Shown here: in pieces, positions 14,810 through 32,736 of the stretch
Layout of the letters: each line of letters opens with the position of its first letter
Numbering within the stretch: the first letter of the stretch is position 1
Assembly: GCF_009914755.1 (NCBI RefSeq)
Contig: NC_060929.1
Direction: 5' to 3' (one strand)
Source: the human T2T-CHM13v2.0 reference genome, Homo sapiens
DNA: 64,000 nt
Translations under genes and position numbers: made by a program
Notes under the pieces: generated by a model
Seen by the model: the letters and a program-made list of their open reading frames with translations, nothing else
What the model was told of the DNA's origin: nothing
The model's database searches: none

Positions 14810-15420
14810 AGGGTAAATATGAGCCACTGTAGTCAGCAAACAGGCATTGGTCCCTGCTCAGAAAGGGCCTTCTAGTCCAATAAGAAGAAACAAATAAAGA
14901 TGAGGCCATATGCCACGTAGGGACTGGGATCTGGGCTGGCAGAAGCCTGGGGTACTCTGAGAGCCTGGCACCCCTCTAGGCCTTGAGGGTTACAGTGTTT
15001 TCAGGAGGGACTCACATCTAATCTGTTACCACAGGAAGGAACAGGAGTTAGTCCAAGGAAGTGGTGGATTGGAAATAGACAGGGCATGTCTGAAGACCTG
15101 GGGCTAAAAACATAGGGGGCAGAATTAAAAACCATTGAGTGATGTTGAAGCATAGAGGATTTCAGGGCGAGCAGTAAGCCGTGAAGCTAGGAAGGTAAGC
15201 ACAGTGAGCCGAAGGTGTCAGTAGTGCCATGCCGTTTTGGATTTGACTGAGGAGTCCCTGAGATATTTTAAGCAGGGGAGAGTTACAGTCTACATGGATT
15301 TTAGCAGGATCACTTGGGATGCAGCTGGGAGAGACCATTTAGAGGATGGTTGCAGTTAGGCTTGGTGAGGGGCATGATGTGGTAGTGTTTCCATGGGGCT
15401 GTGTTGGTTCTGGCTGTACA
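14810..15420 (-). mobile_element. L2 fragment
   Basis: ttttaagcagggga...ttttagcaggatcacttgg...gggagagaccatttagagg. Confidence 0.6.
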
Positions 15421-15724
15421 ATTGGATGTAAGAGCTCCTTTTTTTTTTTTTTTTTTTCCATGTGTTTGCATCCTCTTGCCTGAATCCTTGTTTCCAGTAC
15501 CCACACAAAGAGTATATGTTAAAAGTGTTTCAAAAGTTGTGAATATATGCATAAATATCAGCTATAAATAAGGAAAAAAATGATGAAATTGGTCAGATTA
15601 TACATACTAGTTTTAAGCTAGGTAGGTATCCCTCGTTCTTTCACCATTGTGAGTTTTTTAAAATATGACTTTATTTTTTTAATTTATGAGGATTCTCTTT
15701 TTTCTCATTAATATTCAAGATTTT

Positions 15725-16560
15725 AAAATTGCTGATGGGAATGTAAATGGACCCATCCACTTTGGAAGCCAATTTATTATGAATTTGTAGTGAGTTTGAA
15801 GTTGAATATATCCCATGACTCCTATATCCATCTCTGGGCACATACCCCAGAGAAATTCTTACACAGTCTGCATAAGAGATATGTGTAATAGCACGGTGTT
15901 GATAGCAAAACTCTTTGTGGTAATGAATGAATGATGCATAGAAAATATCTGACAGACCATAATAAGGAAATTCATAAATAAATCATGATTTATGCACACA
16001 TTGAAATACTAAAGAAATCTTGAAATGAATGAGATCTATCAGTTTGTCTCTCTCCACGGACAAGTTTTATTTTTTAATTTTATTTATTTTTACATTTTTA
16101 ACACACACATAATTATACATATATGGGCACAATGTAATATTTCAATACCTGTATACATTGTGTAATGATTAAATCAGGGTAATTAGCCTATCCATCACCT
16201 CAAACATTTATTGTTTCTTTGTGGTGGAAACATACAAAATCCTCTCTTCTAGCTGTGCAATATCTTATTGTTCACGATAGTCACCATGCCGTGTAATAGG
16301 ACACCAGAACTTCTTTCTTTGTAATTGTAAACTTGTACCCACTGGCCATACTCTCCCTATCCTCTCCTTCCCCTTCCCTTTCCATGGACAAAGTTTTAAA
16401 AGCACAAATTCAAGCAATAAATTGAAGTCTCAAAAGAATATACTATAAAGGTAAATTTTAAAATATACAAACCAATATATTTTATTACATATGCACACAT
16501 ATGTGGTAAAAGTACAAACACATATGTGAAAATAACTCAGGCTGACTTTGTCACCAGTCT
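15725..16560 (+). mobile_element. Old L1M 3' region interrupted by an L1MA
   Basis: ttgctgatgggaatgtaaatgg...cactttggaa...ataccccagagaaattctt. Confidence 0.65.
16070..16380 (-). mobile_element. L1MA-type 3' end, 5'-truncated
   Basis: aaatcagggtaattagcctatccatcacctcaaacatttat; TSD tccacggacaagtttta / tccatggacaaagtttta. Confidence 0.85.
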
Positions 16561-16964
16561 CTTTAAAAATACCCTGCTAGTACTTTAGTATATTTATATA
16601 TAAAGAGCAAGGTAAGTTCTACCAGAAGATCAATAGAGCTATAAATGAAGACTTTTTCAGTATAAATAACCTGTGTGGTCCAGATATTATTACTATGACT
16701 GTAGCTAGTTTCCAGTTATTTACTGTTTACCATATACTTTTCCCATTTATGTGCTGGACTGGCCCTTAGGGATTTCACTAATGTTACGTTGGGGTATGTG
16801 AAAGCAATACTTGTCATTCATGACAACATCTGTTTGGAATATGTGATCATATTTTCTCTCTAACTGTGCTGCTTAGGAAATGTTCAATAAAGAAAAAAGT
16901 GTGAATAGTGTTGCTTTTTGGAACAAAATTCAGTGCTCCATTTGCAATAATATCTCCTTTTTGC

Positions 16965-17420
16965 CAGAGCTCATTCTGTTGCAAGTAACAGAAACTGAAG
17001 TCCCACAAGTTTAAGACAAAATAAGGATTTATTGGCTCATGGAACTCAAGTGATGTTGTGTTAGCCATGGCTAGAGCCAGATGCTTTTACATGCTTAGAA
17101 TATCTGTCTCCCTGTTTGGCACCAGCCCCAGGCAGAAACAGTCCCAGGTTCACATATGCCCAGCTTAGCCACCTAAGCAGCCAGTGGCCATCTCTTCTGC
17201 AGAAACATCCTGGGCAGACTTGGAATTGGCTTACTTTGGGTCACAGCCCCATTCCTGAAACAGTCATGGTGGTGTAGAGATTAATCGGGGTATTTAACAA
17301 GCTTAAATTAAAAAAAAGTTTGGGACACAGATCAGGATGAACAAAGGAGGAACATTTTACTAAAGGGAAAGAGGTGCATGCTATCAGGAGTCAGGTTAAG
17401 GCAAAATATGGTGGCAATAC
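16965..17420 (-). mobile_element. Old MaLR LTR (MLT1J/K-like)
   Basis: gttgcaagtaacagaaac...ggatttattggctcat; ttgggtcacagcccc. Confidence 0.6.
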
Positions 17421-19429
17421 AAAAAACTAGAGCTGTCAGGGACCACCATCGCTTCTCTTACTGTCATCTTCCTCCTCCACACACCTAAAGAGAGAACATA
17501 ATAAACAGGTTATGTATGTTTTAAGCTTAAGCGTTCCTTAATTTTAATAAAGCATAATTGACTTCTAGAAATGAATGGCCTTTCCACGTTAATAGTCATC
17601 ATCAGTAGCATTTGGCTGAATGAGAATTAGGGAGCTTCTCTAAGAGACATCCCAGAAATTGCCTTGTTCAATGATAGGCTTAAAGACAAAACCTGTGCTT
17701 GCCCACTTTGAGAACATTAGCGATTGGAGCTAGTTCATTAGCTGCCTTAATTTGTGCAGATACTGATGGAAGACAGGAGGACCCACCTTCATCAGAATGC
17801 CAGCAAAGTACCATCAGAGTGCAAGCGGGCTTTGCTATTAAAAGCCCGGTAATGGCTTGCATTGGTTTATGCAGATTTGCGTGGCTGGTTACTCTGTGCC
17901 CTGGACTTGGCAATGCCCAGATCACATTTAAATCAGGAGCTAAGTGTAATTAAGTACTACCCTCAGCACATCTCTTCTTTTAGGACATTTTACTCACCAT
18001 GATTTAGAACATGACAATTGGGTGAGATTAAAGCAGCAAATTGTGCCTATAAAACAAACCCCTGAAAATGGCAAGGGACTATACAATTTTATAAAGGGAA
18101 TACTGCACATGCCTCCAATCCGATAAAACTTTTGTGAGCTGGGAGATTAACTGTGAAATAAAAGTAAGCCAATACAGTATGTGCCACATCCAGACTATAA
18201 ATCGCATATTATTGTTTAATATCACTTTTATGTTCCCTTTCCAAATGACTCCTTAGCATCATGAGGATGCCCCATGCAGCATACAATTAATTAGCTTTCA
18301 AGGGAATCAGCTCGAGGGACACTCGGCCACTCTGCGAATGGAAGGAATGTGGGCGAAGGTGTTTCAACAGGATAGTATTTGGTCTTTGGGGGAGTGTTGT
18401 GGTTCTTCCAGTTGCTACTTTAGTTTCCTTATTTTCTTGGCTCATGTTTATGTCCTGTCTGTTGTAACGGATGGAGCAGATTGCCAAGGCTCTTGAAAGC
18501 TATTTGCTTTTTGCTTAGAATCCCAGGGTTTTTATAGCTACATGGCACCGGAACACCCATCTACTGCAGCACTTCCTTTTAAAAATAAAGAAATGGAGGT
18601 TGTAAGCAGTAAGTGCCTTGCTTAGATTTGCACAGTAAGCTAGGGGCACACTGGATTCTCCAGGGATAATCATGCCCATTCCGTCTTTTGCCTAAAGCTT
18701 TTATAGATTTTTTTCTCATTAATATTGCAAAATTGTATAGGTATTTTGTCCTGATAATAATGACCAAAAAATCCTCTTTTAGAACATTTGGAAAATTTGA
18801 AAAATAATTCGAAGTAAATTTTAGAAAACTTGCCTACCTTCTCACCAACCAAAGATATCCGCTTTTAACGTCAGCCATTTTTCTAGACACATAAAAAATA
18901 TATAGGTGTGACTCTTTACCCTGAAAAATAACGAGCATTCTATTTTTTCAATTAATACACTTATTGGGAAGATTTCTTCACATGCAACATTTTCTCAAAA
19001 CATGGTTTTTAATAACCTTCTACTTCAAAATAATGTTTCTTAAATAGTTTAAGTATTCTATTGTTGTTTTACTGTTAGTTCCTTTTCCCCACAGATCAAG
19101 CTACTGAAGGATTTTAAACGTTAAAAATGTCTTGGAGAGACAGGAAGAATGACAGAATATTGATGGAATGTAAATCTTTTTAGTCTTTTATGTCCAGGGT
19201 AGTTTTATGTGAATAATTGAATCAAGTTTTATGTGATAATATCCAAATTTTTTGCACCAGATTAAGATTGTATAATATTATTTCTATATCAAGATACATC
19301 TATGTTAGGTAGAATTCTTATAATTTGAATTTTCTTTATTCTATGTGTATGCTAGGTTATAGAGATCAATCTGTATCACTTTAAGATACTATGTCCTTCA
19401 CTAGGTCTTCTATAGCAACCATCCATTAA

Positions 19430-19830
19430 TTCATTCATCTATTTTTTCATTTAAATGTGCAATTAAAGTATTGCCTTTTAAGCGTATGCCAAGTATTATG
19501 GTGTGTGGACAATGGAAATATAAATATGACATTGTCTTTGCTTTCAAGGGCCTTATACTTTATTTGCAGAGGCAGATAGGTGAACAGTTTACCCATCACT
19601 AGGCAGAACATCCTGTGAAATCACAGGAAGGCCAGATTTCACAGCCTGAAGATCAAGAACGATTTTAATGGGCAGAGAATGATAGTTCAGGCCAAGAGAA
19701 CAGCAAAGACATAAAACGGTCAAAATACCTGGCATGGTCAAGGAATACTAGGGTGATTGGAGAAAGCATTTGGAAGGAGACAAAGAAACAAGATCATAGA
19801 CTATAAAGGGAGATAAACTTTTTAAATTTG
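19430..19830 (-). mobile_element. L2 fragment
   Basis: ttcattcat tail followed by L2 antisense motifs. Confidence 0.5.
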
Positions 19831-20529
19831 CCATGTAGATATATAAGGATACAAGTATTTTTTTACCTGTTTCTGTTACTGTTGATAATTCAGGTAGGCA
19901 AGTAGGGATTATCAAGATTGTAAAATTAGCTGGAGACCAGGGAGTTATGAGTTCTGGTCTCTTCATGTTACTTAATGATACACGGTCGTGTTGCTTAATG
20001 TTCTTTTCTCTTTTTTTGAATATAGGCTTTGTTTCTTAAGTGTGAAGTGGCAATAGCAAAATAAAATATCAGGCATGTTCACAATATTTAGATATTGTAA
20101 TTAAAAAGTGTTATTAACTGTTTATTGAAATTTGCATTGAACTAATTTTGCAGCTTTAGGCTTTTCTCTCTCACATCCAGATAGCATAAAATTTAGACTA
20201 ATACTTCAGTTAGCTGGATTAATGGAGACCCTCTGGAATTATTATTGAAAGAGAAACACAGCTTTATTACTTTCATATACATAATTTGAATTAAGCTAAT
20301 AAAGAATTGCCTAATAGACACCCTGATGAACCTGCTTTAATGAATACATGAAAATAATTTGTAATTATAATAATTTTATGCAAATGAAAGCTGACAAGGT
20401 TTTCAAGTGCCTGAAGATAGTTTGTTTTCTGAAATAGGGTAAAAATGCCTCTTAAAGTTATACAAATAGTGATTCTTGCATTTACATAGTGATTTCTCAG
20501 TTTTCAAAACATAATACTTTAAAAAACAC

Positions 20530-20710
20530 CTTCTTATTTGGTCCTTACAATGACCTCACAAAGTATGTTAGAAGTGTTTAGGACCATTTCATAGATAAGA
20601 ATTCAGAGGTTGGTAGAAGTTAAATTATTTGCCACACGTCCCAAAGTTAGTAATTGACAAAACCAGGCCTGGAAGCTAGGTCCCTTATTTTTAATCCATT
20701 GTTCTGTATC
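20530..20710 (-). mobile_element. MIR
   Basis: ccatttcatagataaga...gttaaattatttgcc. Confidence 0.65.
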
Positions 20711-22119
20711 CCAGTGTATACTATCAATTTTCTTAGTAGTTCTTCTTTTTCATGTTAGCTGGAGTATAGATGACCTTTAGTGCATGTGTTTTGTACTTTG
20801 CATGAATTCAGAGAGCAATAAGGATCAAGTTACCTTGATTATATTCTCTGAAAAAAAATGCATATGATGTTGACCTTATGTTTGCCTCAATAAATTGAAA
20901 CAAACCCGTACAATTCAAATGCTGAAACAAAGCTTTACTCTCATGTTTTTAGAATTAAGAGGAAATTTTCTAGTTTTTTAAGATATTACCATAGGTCTTC
21001 TGTTGTTAATAAGATGGAAAAATTTAATTACATCAAGAAAACTGTAGATTTAGAAAAGTTAGAAAGTTACCCAAGACAGCATGTTTGTTAAGAATATACC
21101 CTAGAAAGAGACAAGTTTACATTCTTACTCTTCTTGACTGCTTTTATGAACAAATGTGGAAAACTTAAACTTCCAGAGAATCAGAATAATTTTTTGGTTC
21201 TTTGTTTAAATGCTAGCATGGAGACAATGACCAGATCTATAATTGCAAGTTTAAGTAATAAGGTATAAAAGCAAGCCCCTGAAATGATATGTTATTAAGA
21301 ATTTTATAAATATGACATGTCTATATCAAAGTGATTTACCATATTTTAGTAAAAATATCAGTGACTCTCTTCTAAATATACAGATTTTAAAAAGAAACTC
21401 CAAACCCTAAAAGCATGAGCAATGTGGAACTTGACTGTATCATTTCTTCATTATATTATAGAATTGGTATAAAAGACCTCTTCCTTCAGGTCTATGCATC
21501 AAGATTTATTGCTGAAAATAACAGATATTCTTCATTGTTCCTCTGTGTCTTTTATATAAAAGCCTGTGACATACATACTCAGGGCAGCATTAATCTTAGG
21601 CTGCAAGACAATGATTTTATAGTACTCTAAGTAGTATTGTAAATTCCTTTGCACTGTGCAAACTTCTTTTCAGGTACTTAATATAAGAATTTCCTACCTA
21701 TCTGTCTTTCATGACACCCTTTGAAAGAATTGATGGACTTTATTACATGCTACAATAAACAAAAATAGAATAAGGGTTCTGAATAGGATGGAATGACTTG
21801 TGGTAGAATAGTGTTTCTTTGGAAAACAAGTAGAAAATATGGATAATCATTTTTAAAATTCTGCTTAAATATGTCAAAGAGGCTTTGAAATCATGATGAT
21901 TAGAATGGCTACAATTTCAGAGACAAGAAAACCAAGGAAAGTTGAGCTGATGATTCCCTACTTTTTTCCTGGGAATATTTGCTATTTCTGAATGTAGACA
22001 GCTGGGCAGAGGGCTACAGTTATGGGAAAGAAAAGCCTGCTGAACTTAAGGTGGTCTCATGGAACAGAGTCAGAATGGGAAGGAAGGTAACTTGAGGAAC
22101 TTCAAAATACAGCCTGTCA

Positions 22120-24226
22120 GAAGCTAGAACCATTCCTCTCGAGAACTGAAACAAAACAAGGATGCTTACTCTCACCACGCTTATTCAACATAGTACTGGA
22201 AGTCCTAGCCTGAGCAGTCAGGCAAGAGAAAGAAATAAAAGGCATCCAAGTAGAAAAAGAAGTCAAACTATCTCTCTTTGCTGATGATATGGTTCTATAC
22301 ATAGAAAACCCTTAAGACTCTGCCAAAAGTCTCCTGGAACTGATACATGAATTCAGTAACATTTCAGGATACAAAATCAATGTACAAAAATCAGTAGCAT
22401 TTCTATACACCAATAACATTCTAGCTGAGAGCCAAATCAAGAACACAGTCCCATTTACAATAGCAACAAAAAAATGAAATACCTAGGAATACATCTAACC
22501 AAGGAGATAAGAGATATCTACAAGGAGAACTACAAAACACTACTGAAGTAAATCACAGATGACACAAATAAATGGAAAAATATTCCATGCTCATGAATTG
22601 GAAGAGTCAGTATTAATAAAATGGCCATACTGCCCATAGCATTTTACAGATTCAATGCTATCCCTATGAAAATACCAACGTCATTTTTCACAGAATTAGA
22701 AAAAACTATTCTAAAATTCATATGGATGCAAAAAGAGCAAAAATAGCCAAAACAATCCTCAGCAATAAGAATAAGGTCAGAAATATCACATTACCCCACT
22801 GCAAATTATACTATAAGGCTATAATAACCAAAACAACATGATGCTGGTACAAAACCAGATCCATAAACCAATGAAACAGAGCTGAGAGCCCAGAAATAAA
22901 GCCACACATCTACAACTATCTGTTATTCAACAAAGTTGACAAAAGCAGTGGGGAAAGGACTTCCTATTCAATAAATGGTGCTGGGGTAACTGGCTGTCCA
23001 TATGCAGAAGAATGAAACTAGACCCTTACCTTTCACCATATATAAAAATTAACTTAAGATGGATTAAAGATTTAAATGTAAGACCTCAATAAAAATCCTG
23101 GAAGAAAACCTAGGAAATACCTTTCTCAACATCAGCTTTGGCAAAGAATTTATGGCTAAGTCCCCAAAAGCAATGAAAACAAAACCAAAAATTGACAAGT
23201 GAGACCTAATTAAACTAAAGAGTTTCTACATAGCAAAAAAAAAAAAAAAAAAGTCAACAGAATAAACAGGCTACATAATGGGAGAAACTATTCACCAAGT
23301 ATGCATCCGATAACAGTCTAATATCCAGAATCTACAAGGAACTTAAACAAATGAGCAAGAAAAAAAAAATTATCCAACTAAAAAATGGACAAAGGACATG
23401 AGCAGACACTTCTCAAAAGAAGACATGCAAGGAGCCAACAAACATATGAAAAAATGCTCAACATCACTAGTCATCAGAGAAATGCAAATCAAAACCACAA
23501 TGAGATACCATCTCACACCAGTCAAAATGGCTACTTTACGAAGTAAAAAAATAACAGGCTGATGAGGCTGTGGAGAAAAGGGAATGCTTATACATTGTTG
23601 GCGGGAATGCAAATTAGTTCAGCCATTGTGGAAAGCAGTTTGGAGATTTCTTAAAGAACTTAAAGCAGAACTACCATTTGACCTAACAATCCTATTACTG
23701 GGTATATACAAAAAGGAAAATAAATGGTTCTACCAAAAAGACACATGCACTTGTATGTTTATTGCAGAGCTGTTCACAATAGCAAAGTCATGGAATCAAC
23801 CTAGGTGCCCATCAGTGGTGGAATGGGTAAAGAAAATGTGGTACACATACACCGTGGAATACTATGCAGCCATGAAAAAGAAATGAAATCATATCCTTGG
23901 AAACAACAGGAATGCAGCTGGAGGCCATTATCCTAAGGAAATTAATGCAGCAACAGAAAACAAAATACTGCAAGTTCTCACTTATAAGTGGGAGCTAAAT
24001 ATTGAACATGCTTGGACATAAAAATGGAAACAATAGATGCTGGGGACTACTAGGGAGGCTGGGGCATAGACTGAAAAACTACCTGTTGGATACCATGCTC
24101 ACTACCTGGATGACAAGACCATTCATACTCCAAACCTCAGCATTATGCAATATGCCCATGTAACAAACCTGCACATGTACCCCCGAAACCAAAATAATAA
24201 TTACAAACAATCCAAAATAAAAAAAA
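22120..24226 (+). mobile_element. L1PA15/16-like LINE-1, 5'-truncated (ORF2 3' half + 3'UTR + A tail)
   Basis: ORF 23584-23886 gives the ORF2p C-terminus ([23 protein letters not shown]); 3'UTR ends gtaacaaacctgcacatgtacccc; the reading frame is otherwise broken. Confidence 0.93.
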
Positions 24227-24306
24227 GTTTTTAAGTATATGGACTAGATAGTAGATTATAATATCAAGCAATTATTTTTAGTTTTGGTAGTTGATAGTTA
24301 TATTAA

Positions 24307-24648
<342 letters not shown>

Positions 24649-24679
24649 AAAATGTCAGTTTTTAGATAGAAAAACAAAT

Positions 24680-28170
<3,491 letters not shown>

Positions 28171-28419
28171 AAGAACTTTGCTAAGGCTGAGAACCTAGGT
28201 ATTATCCTGAATTATAAAATAAAAGGAGTTCTAATGAAAACTATTTTATTATATGCATTTTAAGTATATAGCCATGGTATTCAAAACTGTTTTGTAGGAA
28301 AAAAGGCCAATAGAATTGCTATTGAATTTTAGTAAATTTTTATATAAGTGGACAGAAGTACAGAGTTGCATTTCAATTGAGTTCCACTAAAGATCCTTGG
28401 ATGATAAATGTATACAACT

Positions 28420-28580
28420 GGAAAGTATATTCATTTGGGATTCAGAAGACCCGAGTTCTAATTTTGGCTCAAACTACTGTGACTCTAGACAAAAAATCCC
28501 CAAGCTCTCAGAGCTTTTGTTTCCTCATCTGTGCAACTAGAGGGTTGGGCCAGAAAATCTTTAAAACCCCTGTTAAATAA
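28420..28580 (+). mobile_element. MIR
   Basis: gtttcctcatctgtgcaa core. Confidence 0.6.
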
Positions 28581-30204
28581 GATGACATCTGTGTTTTCTT
28601 TCCATTCTACCTCCTTGAGAGAGGATAAACCACCTTTGCAAGTGGAAATATTTGAAGAGATTATTCCAGGTATTGAGTTGTCCCAATTAGCAACCCAAGA
28701 AAACTCAAAAAGCCATCATACCAGTGAGATTGTTGATCATTTCTTCTGTGCAATGATGCTGACATGACCTGGAGAAAAAGTGCTATTTCGCAAACTCTTC
28801 ATTTGTTCAGTTGTTCCTCACCCACTGGGAAAACAGGTAGGCACCCAAAACACCACATTCTCTAGGTCACAATCTCAAGCTACCTCCTGTTTTCTTGAAC
28901 CCCTCTCCACAGGTTCTAAGTCATTTTTTCCTGCCTATAAACCACACAGATTCCATACACTTCTTCCTTTTTACTTCTTGCCATAAGAATGTTACAATTA
29001 TTGAATCTCTTCATTTTTGTTATGTTGATATCTCCAAGTAACTTGCTGCCAGACATAGGTTCTGGCTAATGTTCACCCAGTTCTACTGATTTAGCATACT
29101 TTGTTTTGAATGAAGTGACACCAAGTATTTTCAAATATATTATAGCCACGTGGTTATACATTTTTCTTTATGAAACTGCTGAACAGAAAGATTTGATAGA
29201 TTAACTTCATGCTTTTTTAGCTTTAGTACAATAGATTTACCTTCTGATTAATACCATCCATCACACTATTTCTATAGAAGAATTTGCATGAATTTTAATG
29301 TCAGTCTTTTAAAACAGTAGTAATTGTATGGTATGTGTTGGAACTATTTTTACCAGATTACGCTAGGGGCTCTTCCATAATTAGAATACATATTACTAAA
29401 TTGCCCTCCTTAGGCAAATTTTCTCTTCTAATGTTACATCTTAGCTGCACTTTTTAAATCAGTGATCTCATCCTTTGTTTGCGGGAGGTGATAGACATGG
29501 GAATGCCAAAAACAGCAGTGTCAAAGATGCTTTTGAAGGAGTACATTTAAAACAAAAGAAAAAAATTTTGGTAAAACAATCTGGCTGTGTCCTGTGTCTG
29601 CTGCCTGTGACCCTTGCTTGGTATTTCTAGGGAAAAACATACTGTTTCCCCATGGCTTCTAAACCATTACTATGATACATATGTTCGTTCCAGATGCGTA
29701 TGAAGTGATTTGGAGAGGAAACCTGGGGAAGAACTTTATGCAAGTGTTTAAATATTAGTTTGTCTTGATTTCCAGGTAATTTCCTGAGTTGTTTTTAAAG
29801 ATTGTCCCTTTTCCTGTTATAATTAAATCATTTCTTATATTCATTTGGTGAACAAGGCATCATTGCAGTTTATGCCTCATTATTGTCCAAGGGACAAAGC
29901 CTTCTCTCTTTGTCCAAATACTTGTTGGTATACTTTTTTTCTTACGTATTAAATAAGTAACAAATGATTCACATATCTGTTAAATATGCATTTTTATACA
30001 AAGAGGATTAAAATTGAGATCTGAACAATTGTCTTGTTAATGAGGAAGCTCAATTTTATTTGTTTTATCCCAATAATAATCACTAATCCTTTTCCTGCTA
30101 TTTTAGTAAAATAGAGGTTGCTACTGTTATATGGTAGCAAAATAGAGCCACAACCAAAATGCATTGTTTCCTTCTGTTATGTCCCACAAAGGACAATGAC
30201 TTTA

Positions 30205-30502
30205 TTTTTTTTTTTTTTTGAGATGGAGTCTTGCTCTGTCACCCAGGGTCGAGTGCAGTGTCATGATCTTGGCTCACTGCAACCTTCGTCTCCCTTGTTC
30301 AAGCAATCCTCCCACTTGATCCTCTTGAATAGCTAGGATTACAGGAGTGCCATCATGCCCAGCTAATTTTTTTTTTTATTTTTAGTAGAGATGGGGTTTC
30401 ACAATGTTGGCCAGGCCGGTCTTGAACTCCTGACTTCAAGTGGTCTGCTCGCCTCGGCCTCCAAAGTGATGGGATTATGGGCGTGAGCCACTATGCCCAG
30501 CC
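30205..30502 (-). mobile_element. Alu (S/Jb-like)
   Basis: Full dimer; TSD aaag(g/a)acaatgacttta. Confidence 0.93.
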
Positions 30503-30620
30503 AAAGAACAATGACTTTAGAACTACTTTTATTTCCTTTTTTTTTTTCTGCCTTCCATACCCACAATGTAACTTTTTTCAAATGCTTTTATCCTCTCCTT
30601 ATTTCTACTTCCTATTCCTC

Positions 30621-30926
30621 TTTTTTTTTTTTTTTTTTTTTTTTTGGAGATGGAGTCTCACTCTCACCCAGGCTGGAGTGCACTGGTGTGATCTTGGTTC
30701 AATGCAATCTCTGCCACCAAGGTTCAAGCTATTCTCCTGCCTCAGCCTTCCAAGTAGCTAGGACTACAGGCATGCAACACCATGCCCAGCTAGTTTTTGT
30801 ATTTTTAGTAGAGATGGGGTTTCACCATGTTGGCCAGGCTTGTCTCGAACTCCTGACCTCACGTGATACACCTGCCTTGGGCTCTCAAAGTGCTAAGATT
30901 ACAGGCATGATCTACCACGCCCAGCC
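30621..30926 (-). mobile_element. AluS
   Basis: Full dimer with long poly-T. Confidence 0.93.
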
Positions 30927-30934
30927 CTTATTCC

Positions 30935-31830
30935 CATTTGTTTTTCTGGGATAGTTTAATAGCATAAATCTCCTTTACAGTTGCCTGTTTTGCATCATAA
31001 GTTCTTCCTTTGCACTCATATTACCCATTCCCTGGGAGGCTTTGTGTTGTTTTGTTGCTCAATGCTGTATCCTCTTTTATTCATCTTCCATATTCTCCTA
31101 AAACACAGTGTGTGCATATTTGTTTCTGGTTTGGCGTATTTTTTCCAAGTGTTTCTTTCAAATTAGACAGGTGTATGATATACTCTCTCAGTTACTGCAG
31201 ATCCTAGATTGTCTTTCTTTCATCCTGATTGGGGAATTATATCTTGGCTGGTAGAAGGTTTTTGAGCTACTGACCTTTTCTGTATTCGCTTGAAGGTGTT
31301 TTGGCTTTCAGTGTTGCAGATGAGAAGTCTGATATTTATGTGATTTTGGGTTTCTTTGAAGGTAAACTTGTTCTTTTGCCTGAATGCTTATAACATTTTT
31401 TTTTTCATCTTAAAACTTCAGAGATTTTACCGGAATGTGGCTGGAGTTGTGTCTTTTTTCATCATTCCTGCCCAGAACTCCCAAGCCCTTTCAATTTTCA
31501 GCTGCAGATCTTTGCGCAGTTTGGGGAATTTTTGTTTTTGTTTTCCCTAGTATTGGCAATAATTCTTACTATTGTCTTTTCTCCATTTGTTCCCTTTTCT
31601 CCATTTACATTATCTTGAGTCTGTCCTGTTAGTCTGTGTTTTCCTTTGTGATTTCCATATTTTTTTCTTTTTGTTTTGTGTTTTGAGATATTTCCTATGC
31701 TCGACCTCCCAGGCCACTAATTGTGTTCACCACAGTTAAATCATGCTTGTCTTTAATTCTTTTACTGATTTTCTTGGTTCAATCATTTAAGTTCCAGGAT
31801 GTCTTTTGTACTTGAATCACCTTTATAATG
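30935..31830 (-). mobile_element. Old L1M/HAL1-like ORF1 remnant
   Basis: T-rich; gttgcagatgagaagtctgat is the antisense of a conserved ORF1 motif. Confidence 0.55.
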
Positions 31831-32736
31831 AGTGCCTTTATTATTTTGTTTATCTGGTGTTCATCTCTCTCTTCCTGGAGTGGAGTCACACCTATGGAGG
31901 AAGATTGGAACTGATCCACCTCTCTGCCTTCTTGGCCTTCCAAGGAGGGTAGGCGTTTTTCTCTGTTGACTCACTAGGACTCAAGTTTGGTTGTTGGAAT
32001 ATCCTTAATTGTAGAAGTCCTGTATCTGGTTAAAAAAAACAAAGACATTTCTTGTCTTGTGAGTGTAAGACTTAGAGCAGGTTGTTAAACCTCTCCTACC
32101 ACCCCTCTGCATCTGGTCTTCCACTCTCCAAGCCCTGAGAGTAGAGAAGACACAGCTCATTCATTTTACTCCCTCTTGGCTGTTTAGAGCTCAGGGAGAC
32201 TCAGCATTCTCAAAAGGGTTAATGTTGAACTTCTCTTGTCCAACTTTGCTGGGTTTTATAGATCTGCAATTATCATACTTTATATAGGACTCTGAAGCTC
32301 TCCAGCCCTTGCGTAGAATTTGTTTCAAATTCTCTCCTCTGGGACTTCAATAGATTCTGAGTTCTACTGGAAAGGTGGTAGTAGCTGCTTTCCTTAGAGA
32401 GGCAGAAGACTGAGCTGGTGAAGGAGAACAAATGGTGTAGGTGGCCATGTTTTAGAAAACTTGCTCAGTTCCTTAGGAATAATAATAGTCATAGCTATAA
32501 TTAATATCTAATAATTAATAGCTGTAAGTTACCACAGTCTGCCTGTCACAGATTCTGTTACATAGGTAATAACTTGGAATTGAGGAGAAAGAATTCTAGA
32601 GATTGATTCAAGTACTGACTCACATTAATCAACTGTGCACCACTGGACAGGTGGTTTAACCCTTTTGTTCCTGTTACTTGTCTGGAAGATCAGGATAATT
32701 GTAATCATAATTCCTTGTTGGAGTTTAGATACTGTA

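Noticed and set aside
14740-14815. Possible C/D-box snoRNA (ATGATGT ... CTGA)
   Set aside because: Imperfect C box, negligible terminal stem, no recognisable rRNA-complementary guide, and it abuts an L2 tail
17680-17953. Overlapping ORFs in the repeat-free block
   Set aside because: Short, no domain similarity and no convincing splice signals; more consistent with non-coding sequence
23584-23886. 100-aa ORF with a real protein motif
   Set aside because: It is the C-terminal fragment of a dead, 5'-truncated L1 ORF2, not a host gene
30493-30954. Longest ORF (153 aa) and similar ORFs at 27312, 36922, 49303, 59514
   Set aside because: They translate Alu sequence ([19 protein letters not shown], poly-F); these are well-known spurious ORFs
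32488-32524. AT-rich quasi-palindrome
   Set aside because: Imperfect and low-complexity; expected by chance next to MIR-type AT tails
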